DNA of 64,000 bases from Balanoglossus misakiensis (GCA_040954595.2 CM082577.2:868001-932000); one strand, 5' to 3'. Shown: positions 36,160 to 50,834, numbered from the stretch's first letter. Made by a program: numbers and translations. The notes: generated by a model from the sequence alone, not told the origin.

Positions 36160-39100
36160 ATGGCGACTAAGGAGTTTTGTGTGAGTTTGTACCCATACAA
36201 CGGCGACGGACAAGACGATGCGCTGACCTTCTCCGCCGGCGAGAGAATCGCCGTTGTGGAGAGACCTGATGATGGCGGTTGGTGGAAAGGCGAAAAAGGA
36301 TTGTTGTCGGGATGGTTCCCAGCTTCCTACGTCAAAATTCAGGTAATTGTTACGAACTCTACATATAAGTCATTACTTAAGTTCGAACCTGTGACAAGAA
36401 CTGAAACTATATGTTATGCTAAAGTTGCATTTTTTGTCGTAACAACTAACATGAAAACAAAACTTTCCGCGAACTTCCACTCGAGAAAGTTTTCATTTTA
36501 CGCTTATGTCACTTGGTGGTAAACACTGGACGTCAGAAGTTTTGACCAACGTCCGGTGATCGCCACCAACATTGCGCGTTATAGGTAGCGGGCTTTTTAA
36601 TCCACTTGACATTAAATGAACATATAGGAAGGGTGGTTGAAATTATTTTTAAGGACAGTGTCTGTCAGATATGGTCATCGAAACAGTGTTGTTACGAAGC
36701 TGGCCGGGGGTTTCTCAATCATGATTCCAACAAGGTTATGTAACATACTATAGCCATAGCACAGACTGTTTTTATGATCGGTCGAACTTCAAGACCGGTC
36801 ATTCAGCGCTCTCTGATATGTCAACTCTAGTCTCGGGACATTCAGTCATTCCCGTCTCAACACGGACATGCAAGTGCAAGTTAAATACACATTAAAACTT
36901 TACAAGGCCTAGGTGTGTGATAATCGAATGTGAATGGTGAACTTTGCTATTTTTATTCCAAGGTCACGGCGCTCGCTTAACTACTGTACCAGCCTTGTAT
37001 TTTAACATCCCCGACTGTAATTTGTGCTGAACCACTGAGTTTCAAATTTCCGACCCTGAGTTCGCGATATAGCAGCTCATAGTCTGCATTCTTTCGACAA
37101 TGGCAGTGTGTATACGTATTTGTTATCGGTAATCACAACTAGTCCCTCCACCATGGAGAGATTTTACACAAAAATAGCAACGACCACCGAATTATTCTAC
37201 CATGGCTAAGTTTCAAGTGTTAATACTTCTTCAAAAGTGTATTAATTCAGTAATCCATTTACAAAAATTGGAATCAAAAGTGACAGACACCCAGTACTTA
37301 CTATCGGTTACTCTGATAGGTGGGTGGTTAATATGCATGGTTGCTTTCAATTAACCTATTTCCATTCAATTCCTTCAGTATGAAACCTGACAAGAAACTT
37401 AATATTAAAGTAGTCTTGATAAAACAGTGGGTTTGGACTGAACCATGGTGGTTAAAGGGTTAAAAACAAACAACGGTCAGGTATGAAAAAAGCCACAAGT
37501 AAACTTGTACTTGACAACTAGAAGTTGTTTATGACTATGAGTGACTTGTGTTAGAGAAACAAAAATGGAAAACCGATGTGCCTCATTTGTTTCACTCCAT
37601 TAAATTTGTCAGTAAACAGGTTCAAGCATAAACAACATTGCTGGACCAAAAAATACACAACTTCCAAGTGATTATAATAAGTACCCTGGTCAGGTCAGAA
37701 GACATTATTTCATATTGACTGTGAGTAGCCTGGACTGAGGTCCCCGCACTCTCTGCCTGGGTGCTAGGTCAGGTCAACCCTTATTTACTGGAGGGTTAGT
37801 CAAAGAATTGGCCTGTTGACCTATATTATGTCGTTGTGGTTAATAGATAAAGGTTGCAGTACTGCAAAGTTTACAGAGAAATTAACCTTGTAACCTGTGT
37901 AGTGTAATCCGACTCATTGTTTCCAATAGTGATGTTGGAACTCAGCACTATGAAACGGGGGTGAAAGGGTTGAGGACACTTCCACACATTGCTCCAAATG
38001 CTATGCAGAATAGTTTAACTACACTTTCTGATGAAAACCATTTCCCTCATGGTTTATCCGTAATTCTCTTTTGACAGACTTCAAGCCCAAGGATTGGACG
38101 AGCAACCATCAATTTACCAAGTGACTGGGAAATGTACCAGTCACCAGAAGGAAGACCGTATTATGTGAATAAATCAACCAGAGAGACAAGATGGGACCTG
38201 CCAGTCGGAACTGAGAAAGTAGAAATACCCGAGAGACTGAATATACCAAATGCAACAACAGAAACCGACGCAGGTAGATAATTTCATTTGATTTTTGGTA
38301 TTACTTGCATGGCCAACTTCAAACTATTTAGCATGACTGGACTACACCAGTTATAAGACAACTCAAAATTTGACACAATTAATATGCCCCATTGTTAGAA
38401 TACTTTTATGATGTGAGATGAGATCAGCTGAATGTTTTCTTGCATGTGTCATTTGTCTTTCTCATCTGTGAAACATGAACCATCAGCCCTTGGGCCTTAC
38501 AAGGATGTAGAGAGTTGAAGACACTTTATGAATCTCATCTACTGACCTCGAATGACATCAAACACATGACATACATGTAATGATCTTTTAAGACACAATT
38601 AACGACAAAAGTACTACTCCGGAAGTGGAAAAAGATGTCTGGGAAGTCTATGAAATGAGGGTTATGGTAGAACATGACATTTTAGTGATAACTTTGTACT
38701 GGTCAGTCAAGTAGTTATTAATGTATCTTGTTGTGTACATATGCCGTACATTTGTTGAGAGAAAGCTATATGGAGTTGGTTTGTATTATGGAACTCCAAG
38801 AGAAAGACAAAAAATTGTAGTCTTACAGAAATACTCTCGCTGTGAAAGTAGGTCTAATGGTGTCAAACACGCATGATACATGTACAGTAATACTACGTGT
38901 GTCAATTTATATCATACAGCACCCACACACCAGAAAAACCTGTTTTTCAAGCAGTGTATATGTACAGACTCTTGTCCTTGTACTTTGTTGTGAAACTAGT
39001 TCTTCTTCGTTGGTGTATCTGGGTGTGAACTGAGTTGCTAACATTCCACTGAAGTATACGGGTAGAGATCATGGACAGACTGCATTCCATGTGTAATTGG

Positions 39101-42100
39101 CATTTTCTAGGCACTGGGTGTATTTTATGTCAAATGCACTGAGTGCAGATCAACAATCCCGGTGGTATACATTATTGTCTGAAGAAAGTGTCCATACCAA
39201 ACCAGGAATGAAAAACTCTGTAATTCATGTATGTCAATTCAGTCTTTTTGACGCGACGTTTTGGGGCTATGTATATTTTTCACCTTTTCACAAACGGTAC
39301 CTGACATGCTAATAATTAGCTTTTTATTTCATTTCCAGCCATTGATCCTCCTCCATCAGAACAAAACCAAAATGGTTCAGTGCCAATTATTAGTCCAACA
39401 GATTTCACACCACCACCGTCGCCTCTCGAATCGCCAACGCCAGAAGAAACTGCACCTCCCAAAGAGGAAACCAAAACCAGCATAAAGCAAAGACAGTTTA
39501 TTGTAAGTCTAATTAGTTGTAATTAATTGTAATTAGTGGTGTTTGCCCGAATATTTACATGTCTGTACATGAACAGAACGGAAAACAAAAAAAGGGATGA
39601 ATACACACAGGCGTGTCCAACCAACTCCATCAGCATGATCTGGAGTACCCAGTGTTTTGTTATGGTGGATGGAAGTCCAGGTCAGAGGTCACTAGAGTTT
39701 CCCAGACGCATACCAGTGTTTCAACCACACATGTTGATCTGATCGCTGTGTTTAATTTTTGCCATTTAAGATTTTCTTCCATATTCACAGTTGCTTGCAT
39801 GCCATTATGGACTACTTCACCATGCTGTGTTGTGTTGACTTTTTTGACACCACAGTTGAATTCACTCACAAAGCATTTGAAGAGAAACACTGGGTGGGGG
39901 TGAATCATGTCCAATTGGAAACATTGCCACTCCTTGACAAGAGATATGGGATACTGAAGCCCTATCTGATTTGATCAAATAAAATCTGGTCATCATCAAA
40001 TGTGAAAGAATCCGGTCTCTTCTGATGAATCAAATTCCTGACCTAACAGGATTTCTGTGGTGTAAATTACCAGGGGTTGCCATGGCAACCATAGCTCATT
40101 CAGTATCAGTATTATCCACTATTTTTTCGTAATCTCATAATAAATACACCCACACCAGTCTGTCTCATGACGAGCGAAAAGAGTTGAGAAAAGTCTGGGT
40201 AGATAGTATTATGCCAAGTTATTATAATATGTGAAACCAAAACATTAAATTGACTTTCAAAGTTTCATGTCTAGGAAATGCAATATTCACAAAAACTAAT
40301 GTTTATTTCACCTTTGTTTCACTCACAGATAAACAACATTACATTTCCACATATTAACGCCCTGAAGGATCAAAGTTTACTGAAGCCCGATGAGTGTAGT
40401 TACTGTGATTATTTCTGGGTGAGTAACCTCTTGTATCAGTTATAACGAAGGTTGACATGACCCTGCAGTCAAGTGATTAGGAACAGAGTCCTGGAGTGAA
40501 GGGTAACCAAGGATCTGTAGCTAATGATGATGGCACCAGTTAACCAAAGAATATTAACAGAATCAAAATTGAATCACTCCATTGGTATTTCGTAGTGAGT
40601 CAGTTGAATCTGTTGATCATCTGTTGATTTGTAGACTTTTGATTCTGAAGTAACCAAAGATGATGGGATGCCTGTGATGTTTGCTTGAGAGTGATCATTA
40701 CGAGATCAAGATGGGATAACTTGTTTTCAAGATATTATGAAGTGACTGGTCTTTGTGAGTCAGACTTGAATACTGTCATCAGCATTCTTGTGTATACACA
40801 TTTTGACACATGTTGACTGTACACCCAACGTCTAAATGTCATCCACGGATTGACCTCTGACCTTTCCATTGTCAAAGGTTATATGCTGCTTGTCTGCAGA
40901 CGTTTAGAACATGGAAACTGAATTTTCCATAAAAATAAAAGTCAGCCATATTGGTAGAACCAGAAAGTGTTATTGGAATGCGTCTTCAAGAGCTGGTGTA
41001 AACTGCGTAATTTTCAGGGTCTTTATTTGGTTGTAAATCTCCATTTAGAGTGTGTACTCTAAGTAGAGCGTGCAGGTCAGAGGTTAGAAGCAAACATCTG
41101 CAAGTTATGTAGCAACGATCCACTGAATACAACAAAGATGTTCATTCTGGAATATACAGTGGATCTGTAGAATGCAAATTTCAGTGCAGTGCCTCAATAA
41201 TTGTCCTGGTTAACAGTAGCACATTCGTCAATTTTCCAAAATATTGCAAAAGAAAAACCATCTTGATAACTCCTGGAAAATTGATGAGTGAGTCATTGAA
41301 CCCTGGCAGCGGTGGAATGTGTGTGTGATGTTGCTACTGTCTGTACGGAAAACTGTTTGTGGATGGAGCTTGATTCCACTTCTAGTGAAAATGTCAAGCT
41401 GATCAGATGAGGTATTGGCACATGTGTCGCACTCGAAAATGAAATCAATCAATCCCGGCGTGCTTTGATCCATTTCATGAAGATAGGTCCGTGACATTTG
41501 GTGATGTTTAGCGGAGACAAGAATTTGGCACCCACACCCAGATAGCTCTGACATTGATTTGTGTGACTCTCTCTTGATACAAATATGTGAAGTAATAATA
41601 CAAAAAAAATGTGACCTACAACTCCCACTTATCACTTCAGAAAGATTAAAACGGTTCATGTTCAGAGTTATACTTAGACATGGTTTTCAGAATCAAGTTT
41701 TCGTCAAGTATCAGGCTCCTCATTGCTAGTCTCTTTTGTTCATTGCAGCCTGACAGAGATGACCAAAGTGGATTCAACATTCTTATAGACAAACACCACC
41801 TTGGAAAAGTTTTATCCAAAGAAATGGCCGAATTTCTCAAAGAAAGGCAAGTGTAATATCCATATAATAATACCATGTTGTATATACACACATATTGTGA
41901 AGAGGGGTCTTCTACTGTGTTGCTTAAAGTTATCAGACGTTTATGGAAATTCTAACAGTTGTTTTCCTGTCTGTACTTAAACCAACCACAGGGCAGCAAT
42001 AGAAGAAAGTTACGCAAAAAATTTACAAAAATTATCCGCAAGTCAACTCGGAGCAAGAGAAGAAGGGTAAGGGAATTTTTAGTTTGATTAAGTTTGTTTA

Positions 42101-45100
42101 TTCATTCATCTTCAAACTGATGTTTCAACAGATTGCATGGAGGTATACCCAGTATGACCGAACATCTTTTCTCTGTGCTTTCTTTGCATAATTTTGTAGA
42201 ACTTTATCATCAGCATGGAAAAGAATCAAACAAAGTTTATCTGAGGAGGCTGAAATCCATCAACAATTTGCTGTCAAGTTACGAGAAGAAGTTGAAAAGC
42301 CGTTGCTGGCGTACAAAGATGCTCTCAAGAAAGAAATCAAGAAGGTTTGTTCTCTGCCCAAAGAAGTTGCTGCCCATGTTCAATTATGCAACAGGATGAC
42401 ACTATCTTATCTGTGTCCTCAGAGTGACAGGATGTAAATACAACTCAACTTAAAACCTATTAATCATCAACTTTATCACCATTTAAAATTTCGTTTTAAT
42501 TTTTTCCAAAAAAAGTTGGACCTCTGAAGAGGGAACTGGGGGTGAAAGATTAAGACAGAAGTGATGTAATATTCCAATTGAAAGACAATCTGTTTTGTCT
42601 TTTCACAGATGGAACAACAAATGGCAGATGAAAGGAAACAACTGGCATCAAAAATGCAAGTGATTGACAAAGGAAAACAAAAACTGGAAGAGAAAAGGAA
42701 AGATATGGAATTTAAACAGACTAGCCCTGCAGCAAGTAAGGTAATATATCTCAGTTTCTCAGATTGTGAAAACGCTGGCAAGTAGTGTGGCTTATATTAG
42801 GAACATTAAATGGGTCAAAAGAGTGGATTGGCACAAGACACATGATCATACTAATGAAGGATGTTGATTTGTCAAAGTTCAGTTGTAAAAGGTGACCCGA
42901 TGATCTTGAAGATCTAAAACCCCAGTTTTCAGGTCTCCTGTTGTCTGTTGTTTAAGTAATTGGCAGTCTAGTTCTGGGACAACCAGGGTTCAACTAGTGA
43001 AACAGGAAAAAACCCTGGTCCAACAGGAAAGGGAAACCATCTGGTCTGGGAAGGGCTTGGCATATTGGTCTGGAATAAATGGAGAACATTCTGCAATGTG
43101 CTCATGTTTTTCCATTTTATTTGACCCCGTCTTCTGCCTCTTGACTTCAACAGACACTTGTAATATACCCTGGGTCAGTGCCCTTATGAATGCACATTAT
43201 TCTACATGTACATGTCATATCGTGTCTACTATATTATATTTTCATGAAAAATTCATTTAAAGAGACAAAGTTTCTAACTTTTAGAAAAGTCCTGCAAACT
43301 GTACTAGGCACATATCTCCTGATAATCTGGATCTTACAGTAATGGTACACTTCAAATTCCATATGATTAAATTTCAGGCTGACTTAGAAAAAGCCAAAAA
43401 GAAAACAATACAAGCAGGTATGTATAAATTGTGTGTTCATTAGGATTGTGATATAAGCGGCTGTGTGAGACTGAATTATTTTCCATTGCTGATAAGTGAT
43501 ATTTTCAATGTTTGAGTTGATTGGTCATTAATTTGTTTCAGGTGAAGATTTGAATAAAGCGGTTGATGTTTACAACACAATGCAAGATCAGTGGTTCCAA
43601 GACATGATAACATTCACTTTGGTATGTACTCATGAAACATAACTATGTGCACATGAAACCAGAATACTTTGATCAAGCTGGCAACTATGTCTCTTAAATT
43701 AAAACAAAAAATCCAGGGACTGATAAATATGGCAAGACATCTGTGGTTCTCCCTCTGCCCCAAGTAAATAATATTCCTAATTCTGTTCTCCAAGGACAAA
43801 TAACTATTTCACCATACTATTATTTACCATGCAGAAAACATGGATTTTCTTTCTGATATCTCCACCAAGTGATTATTTACTTGGTTGTGTTGTAATGTGT
43901 AGTGTTTTTTTGCTTCATTTTCAGGAGTTGGAAAAGATGGAATTAAACAGGGTAAATATGGTGAAAACACACCATGAAAAATATCATAAGTTAAGAACAG
44001 AGAGAGACGCACAAAGTCAAAAGGTAGGATCAAAGGATAGAGACTAAATGACCTGAGTGATGGGTGATATTGAGAAGAGACAATTTCCCATTTTCCCCAA
44101 ATATCATCCTCCATTTCATTCATGTGCTGTTTTACGAAAGTTCCATGTAGTTTTTCAAATCTAGCTTTATCCCTACAGGCAGACAGCAGGCACACTGACT
44201 GACTGATAGACAGACAGACACAGACAGACAGACAGATAAGAGATATACTGACTGACAGAAAGAGGGCAAGTGAACAGAGAAACAATGTAAAGCAATGCCG
44301 TCTGAGCATTCCTACATCATTGCCATGTATACCTGTAAAAATTACTTAGTCGGAAATACATTCTGAAATTTCTACAGGCATAATTAATGTCTGCGCATAA
44401 ATTGTCATGCAGTGACATGTCAGCATAACATGGGCCAAGCTGTACAGCAATTTATTCCTTGCCTGTAAAAAAAATGTTTCATTTGATACTACCAATTTTA
44501 CTAAAAAATACATGAAAGAGTTTCATCATCGGAAAGAATAGTAATATGTGAGGGAATAAAACCCATATGCACTTTTCTGCATTTTGAGACAATTAATATA
44601 CACACACCATCTTACCTTAATCTGTCGTAGCTTCTGTGCTGTTGCCACATTATTTCGTATCAGTAAACGGCAAAAACACCTAAATTGAAGGCATTGTCAT
44701 GACAACACAAGACTTTTAGACCGGGACTGTGTAGCCTCTGTGTGACAGCATCTGTGTTGAATAGAGAGTGATATAAAACAGAGAAATAAAAACTTACTCC
44801 AAAGTGCCGTATGCAGTGCTCATCTTTAGTGAATTCCAGTAACCATACGGATCTTGGTTATCTCATGCGATGTGAATGGTCCGAGGATAATTTTTGACAC
44901 TTCACTGCCGTTTGGTGAACCAGTGACAGGCTTTAAACCAGCATGCTCCACTGCCCTCCTGTATAAATTATAATTTATGCTGGTATCATTGAACAAACAT
45001 CACTGGTACAAATGCCGGGAATGCTGGGAGACTGTGCAGCTCTGAGCTTTTCGATTGTGGGAGACATTTTCAGTATCAGCTTTTAAGTTGCATAAAATTC

Positions 45101-45517
45101 CTTGAAAACATTGAATGAACTTACATATAATGAACTTACACAGAAAAAGATGTCTTATGCAAATGTAATATTGATTTGCTTGGTTTGTACACAATTGAAG
45201 TGTCCCAAACGGGAAACGTTAAGACTTGTGTTACTCTTGTTGTGAATATTTTGAGAGTAGGGCCCAGTTTAACGCAGTTTGCACTCTTTGGAGAACAAAT
45301 ATATGGCGGTATTGTTGAAGATTGCTGTTTGAAATTCTGCAGAGCTTTTTCACATGCTCTTATTTAATGATAGACTATCTCGCTTTTTATTACTTGGCAG
45401 ATTTTACAGTCAGTACATGTTGCGATAGAGAACGTCGATGCCTTGAAAGACAGTGAAGAATATGTGAAGACGCACACCACAGGAAGCCTAAGACCAGTAC
45501 ATCTTGAGTTACCATAG
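36160..45517 (+). CDS. GAS7: Growth arrest-specific 7 (SH3-WW-F-BAR). Exons 36160-36342, 38078-38273, 39339-39502, 40329-40418, 41749-41846, 41992-42066, 42200-42344, 42609-42740, 43378-43417, 43542-43621, 43925-44023, 45401-45517
   Basis: SH3 (SLYPY...GWWKGE...GWFPASYV) and WW (LPSDWEMYQSPEGRPYYVN...TRWDLP) domains. GAS7-specific ITFPH...LLKPDECSYCDYFW. F-BAR segments KEMAEFLKERAAIEESYAKNLQKLS and ELEKMELNRV. C-terminus TTGSLRPVHLELP. Confidence 0.93.
37355..37459. mobile_element. MITE copy, GAS7 intron 1
   Basis: aaaacagtgggtttggactgaaccatggtggttaaaggg-TTAA is the near reverse complement of 15769-15807. TTAA at 37351-37354 marks the probable other end. Confidence 0.55.
37886..37969. mobile_element. 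MITE copy, GAS7 intron 1
   Basis: TTAA-cc...gggggtgaaaggg-ttga, similar to the reverse complement of 13475-13563. Confidence 0.55.
44193..44260. repeat. Degenerate (GACA/GACT)n microsatellite in the last GAS7 intron
   Basis: Seen directly. Confidence 0.75.
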
Positions 45518-48500
45518 CAACAGATCGACAGCATATCCTTACAGACAGATCAAATACAGGATTGGGTGCATTGAATGGTTGATTCCAAAATTTACAAAAT
45601 TATTGTTTAATGCAAATTGAATTTATGTTGAATATGGTGCTTGTCTTTATGTCACATGGCTCAATATGCAAATACATAATTATAAATGCACAATTTTTGC
45701 ATAAAAATGTATATTTTTAACCACTACAAGATATTTTTTCCTTGCTTCTTATGGCTGAAGAGCGTTAATGTACCAGAAGCAAACCTTTATTTTAAATACA
45801 TGTACATGAAGTACAGCGGTATTTTATGTTATGAAGTCAACAGCTGTGGTTTTTAAACAAACTAATAAAATATCTTTATGCATTAAAGCTAGGTAATATT
45901 TAGCTGGTATGATAGGAAATGAAATGAAGGTAGCTACAACTTTTCATGCCATAGTCTTTGTTCTGTGTATAATGTAGACTTATTTGCTCAAAGTATTTAT
46001 GTGTTTGGTTCAGTCTCTTTTGCCAGAACTGTTAATAAATAAATGCATAACTGGCAACTAGTCTATAACTGCCTGCCTGAACTCAACATGTGACCAGCCA
46101 CAAAGTTTGTAAATCATAAATGCTATAAAACACATTTATATATAAATATAATGTGCTATGCCCAGCTGTTTTGTTTATTTTTTGCTTGACTGCACTGTTT
46201 TTACTTCTGGCAGGATGCAAATTGCAACTTGAATTCAATAATCAAAAATTAGAAATGTGCATGTTACTGGTTACCAGTGTCAAGCCAGCTGAATACTGGG
46301 TACAGAACATTTCATGATTTCATGTTCAAATTAGTTCATGTAAATGAATTTACATTTTTAATGTTTAAAGGGACACCAGATGAAAAATTCACAATTTATT
46401 TTTAGTTTCACATTTATGTTTTCCATTACTACTCTATGCTACTAAACTATTGTTTATCAACAGAATTCTAACCTCACATGAGGCAGCTATTATATTAATG
46501 TGAAGTTTTTGAAAATAGGAAAAATGAAGATTTAAATATTTTCAGTGTTGTGCTAGACTTTTTGAGCTACAGATATAGTGCTGCCTTAATATTTGTGTTA
46601 ATTTGTACATGTAGTTTTATCCTTAACCATGCAACATGCGTGTTACCATTATTTATTTTATTCATTTTTATTTTAATATTACTGGAGTAAGTCATGAGAT
46701 CTATACAGAAGTAGAATGCACACTTTTATCTCTCATCAGTGGTCAGTATTTACAAAAAATTCTTGTCAGGGAACAAGTAATTCAAACTGTCCAGCTCATC
46801 TCATATTGAGATATTATCTATCCTTCACCCTGCATCATGCATATTTCCTTTGTAAAAATATTCAGCCGAAATAATTGTAGCTGACCATTTACAACATAAA
46901 ATATTGATAATAAAATCTTTTAGAGGTAAAACTAAATTGGTATTTTGCATGAAATAATTCTGGTGAATATTTCAGGGGTGATCGTTGTGAAAATATTACT
47001 TGAACTCTGACCTAAAGTCCATCAAATTACAATGGTACGACGCTGGCGGCGTGCGTGCAGTCGCATTTACTTTAGTGACACATGAAGTTTCTTTTCGGGG
47101 TCTGAAACTAACCTTTAAAGTTTCATCCAAGTCCACGGCTCTCCACTTATCTGTATAGTATACAGAGTATTTTACATTCACAAAACTTCAGAAACTTCGT
47201 ATCCTTTGCATGTCCGACAGTCGAGAAGCACCGGCGCGACTTTCAAATATTGGAATGTTCGAACACATGCGCGCGCCAACGCAGCTACGGCATCGGCGCT
47301 AGGCGTTGGCATGGTGACGCGACGACGTCCCATTAGCTTATTTCTCCGTGCTAACGCACAAAACTAACACAAGCAAAGTTGCTTATTTAGAACTTGAAGT
47401 TTAACATCATGCGCGAATATTGACAACCAGAAAGTGTTTTTAAAACAGAATTAATGCTGATGATTGTGTCCAGACAATTTTTTGCACAATTTCGATTAAA
47501 CATCACTTGTTTCCCCGGCAACTTTATTCTGTTGTTGGCCGTTCTTAATAACCATGCTTTTATTGTGTAGCTTGTATGGAGTGCCACAGATCTCATTCAG
47601 CCGCCAGATTCGTTAATGTTACCCCCTATTAATTTCCATAAAACGTACCCTCCATATGTGGTAAGAGTTTTTACTTTCCTGGTTTGATTTAATTAAGACA
47701 CATTCGGTGCCGAATATAACACTTTCTGTGACCGTTGGTCTCGCTGACCTGAGATAACGCAACGCAAACAGCTCAGGTAAAATAAAAGTTCCGTCCGTCG
47801 TTTCTTCAAAAATTTCTCGGCTCTGTGGCACGTGACTCGACCTCTCCAGTTTATGAAACAAAACAAAAAAATCGTACATTTTCATACATCCGCATTTCTA
47901 CAATAAAGTTTGTTTTAATGCAAAAAGATGTTGAATACACACTTTAGAATTTAATATTTTATTTTGGGGCAAATAATTTTATGGCTCGACATGAAACTAT
48001 GACGTCATTTTGACCTCTGTCAATCTCATTGTGAGGCAAACATGCTAGGGCTAGGGTGTCACTGCATTCTATTGTACTCGCGTCGATCTCCCGGCAACTG
48101 CGCTGTACCCCTGTTTCGAACGCACGGTGGTTGGTGGTTCTCAAGATACGTTGCTAAATGGGGGAAACCCAGGAAGATTCCTTCTGTCTCGTTGTGTTCC
48201 AGTACCGACATTCCCTATCCTGCCAGGGTATCCTGCATGCTTTACACATCAAGCTCTCTTCTTGCAGTTGGACAGTTCGAAGAGAAGAATTAGAAAGCGC
48301 ATTTCCTGTTCTGGACTTGCATAGTCGGTGCGCTGGACCAATACCCCGAGTGAAAGGAAAGAGGGATTTCTAATTTAGGTGAGTAATAATATGAACTAGA
48401 ACTCGTGGCCTATGCCACACGGATACCTGGCCTCTTAGATCCAACCATATAAAACTTGCGACATGTCACACCCATTCCAGAATCTGGCTGTCTCCCATAC

Positions 48501-49457
48501 GTAATTTACTGACACCTGCACGAAGGGCATGCAGTGTTTGATAGCCAACCATAAAAGATCCACGTCGCAACTCAGTCAGAATTTCATGCTGTACCACCCG
48601 ACCTAATTTTGGAATGCTTGGGTTTTCCCTTGCGCTTTGTTTTGACACGGTCACTCCACAGACCGTGGTTTTGATGCTAAAGTTCCTTTTGTTATCTGGT
48701 TGTTGACCCGTGGAGGGACTGTGCCTCTCTGGGATCACATACCGCGCGCTGTCCTTGCAAGGTCGCAATTTGCATATCTTTGGTGCAGCCACCTGGCGCA
48801 GACACTTGTAATGTAAACCGCAAAATGCATGCATTTCCGGAAGTATCGAAACCTATCTTGACAAGAAGTATGAAGGCTTGCAAATCGGCCTTTCGCGCGC
48901 GAACTTTCTGAGATATGCGCGAAGGAATATCACTTCGTATTGACTACCGCGATTTCGTACCCAAAAGATCACTTTTTCATTCAACACAAATCAAACTAAC
49001 GATTGGCAGTCACGGTCTTCAAACTTACGTCGAGCTCAAGATTCCTTTTCCCGGCCCAGTTTTTCATGGTTTAACGGTAGAGTTGAATTGAATTGAATTT
49101 TATTCATGTATAGTGTCCGAGATGTAAAAAAGGAATGCGAAAAGGTGAGAAACTATAGCAAATTAAATATTTATTTTTATTTTTATTTTGTAATTCGCTG
49201 ATAAAATTGTTATTAGATAATTTTTGTATCATTTTTTTCTAAAGAAACTGAGAGAAGAAATTTTAACGTTTTTGCTGCATATACAAAGGCCGCCTTTGTG
49301 GGTTTCATTTTATAGGCCAGTCCTTCAAAAGTTTGCGATCATTTCCGTTTGCTATTTCCCTTGGAAATAATAACGAACCATTCCCCCCCCCCCCAAAAAA
49401 AAATAATAATAATAATTTCAAACTAACATCGCTAAAATTGTAATTTCTTTCTTAGGT

Positions 49458-50834
49458 ATGGGGAAAATCAGATGCGCTATCAGGCGTTACCATATTATAA
49501 TTCTCCTGGCTGTTATGCTAGTCCTGAATGTGGCCATTTATACTGTTCAACACGAGAGGGCGCAAAAGATTGCAAAGAGCAGATACCGAGGCCGATCTTT
49601 CGGAATGATGGTCAACAACTTGACGCGAGATAAACTTTCGGCTATTTTCACTCGCCGGGAGCAACTTGGCGGCCTCAATAGTTCAAAGGCAGGATCGCTG
49701 TGCAAGAAAGCTCTTCGGGGACATTTGTTGGCATCAAGTAAAGAAACGAAAAAGACTGAATTACAGTTGATGGAAGGACAAATGAATGCGGGTGACTTTA
49801 TCAAAATGGCCAAAAACTGTACAAGGTTTCGTGACCAACATGGGTATGACAGCATTCCCCTGAGCAGGCTCGAAAAGGGATTCCCGATTGCGTTTTCTAT
49901 CCTCATGTATCGCTCTGTAGCTCAAGTGGAACAACTCTTGCGCACAATTTACCGACCGAATAATTATTACTGCATACATGTGGACAGGAAAAGCCAAGAC
50001 GCGGTGCACAAGGCGATGGAAAGTATCGGCGCATGTTTTGACAACGTATTCATCGTCCCGAATCCAGTCAAAGTCACGTGGTGTTCCATCGAGGTACTAC
50101 ATGCTGAAAAGCTGTGTATGAAAATGCTACTGGAACGTGGACAAGACTGGGAGTATTTCATCAACTTGTCGGGTCAGGATTTCCCCTTGAAAACGAACTC
50201 AGAGATCGTACAAATACTCAAGCTCTTCCAAGGGAAAAACGACGTCTCCAGTTTCCAGGACGACCAATTTGCGTCCAGACAACAATACGCGTTCAGGCAG
50301 ATGAACGATAACTTGGAAGCAAGCGACATTCAGAAAGCGCCACCACCGACCAATATTACGGTTTCTAAAGGGGAACTTCACGTGGCTCTATCGCGAGACT
50401 TTGTCAATTTTGTCCTGGAAAACGAAGTTGCAAATACATTCTACGAGTGGCTTGAAGACACACAGTGTCCCGATGAGCACTTTTATCAAACATTAAACCG
50501 CCTACCTTGGGCGCCAGGTTCATTTACCCACAATTCCATGGCTATATCTAGGGCTAAGGTATGGAACAGTGATAACGCATGCTCCGGTAAGACAATTCGC
50601 GGAATCTGCGTCTTTGGCACAGGAGATCTACCATGGTTGGTGAAGCAGCCCCACCTCTTTGCCAATAAATTCAACATCGATCGCGATCCATTGCCGACAT
50701 TTTGTTTAGAAAGATATCTGAAAGAGAAGTCATTTTATCACAGACCAATCAACCTGCATGTTTTCAGACGATTTGTTTTCAGGCGACTGATTGACTCGAG
50801 GACTATGAAATGGACAGCCGCTGAAGTATTATAG
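49458..50834 (+). CDS. Core-2/I-branching beta-1,6-N-acetylglucosaminyltransferase (GT14, GCNT family), single coding exon
   Basis: Type II anchor. Motifs FPIAFSIL, LLRTIYRPNNYYCIHVDRKS, YFINLSGQDFPLKTN, catalytic PDEH, CVFGTGDLPWL and HLFANKF. A splice acceptor (ttcttag) lies just upstream of the ATG, implying a 5' UTR intron. Confidence 0.93.
   Translation: MGKIRCAIRRYHIIILLAVMLVLNVAIYTVQHERAQKIAKSRYRGRSFGMMVNNLTRDKLSAIFTRREQLGGLNSSKAGSLCKKALRGHLLASSKETKKTELQLMEGQMNAGDFIKMAKNCTRFRDQHGYDSIPLSRLEKGFPIAFSILMYRSVAQVEQLLRTIYRPNNYYCIHVDRKSQDAVHKAMESIGACFDNVFIVPNPVKVTWCSIEVLHAEKLCMKMLLERGQDWEYFINLSGQDFPLKTNSEIVQILKLFQGKNDVSSFQDDQFASRQQYAFRQMNDNLEASDIQKAPPPTNITVSKGELHVALSRDFVNFVLENEVANTFYEWLEDTQCPDEHFYQTLNRLPWAPGSFTHNSMAISRAKVWNSDNACSGKTIRGICVFGTGDLPWLVKQPHLFANKFNIDRDPLPTFCLERYLKEKSFYHRPINLHVFRRFVFRRLIDSRTMKWTAAEVL

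Noticed and set aside
40520-40650. Box C/D snoRNA or miRNA hairpin candidate in a GAS7 intron (ATGATGA...CTGA, short inverted repeat)
   Set aside because: There is no terminal stem or recognisable rRNA/snRNA guide, and the pairing is too short for a pre-miRNA.
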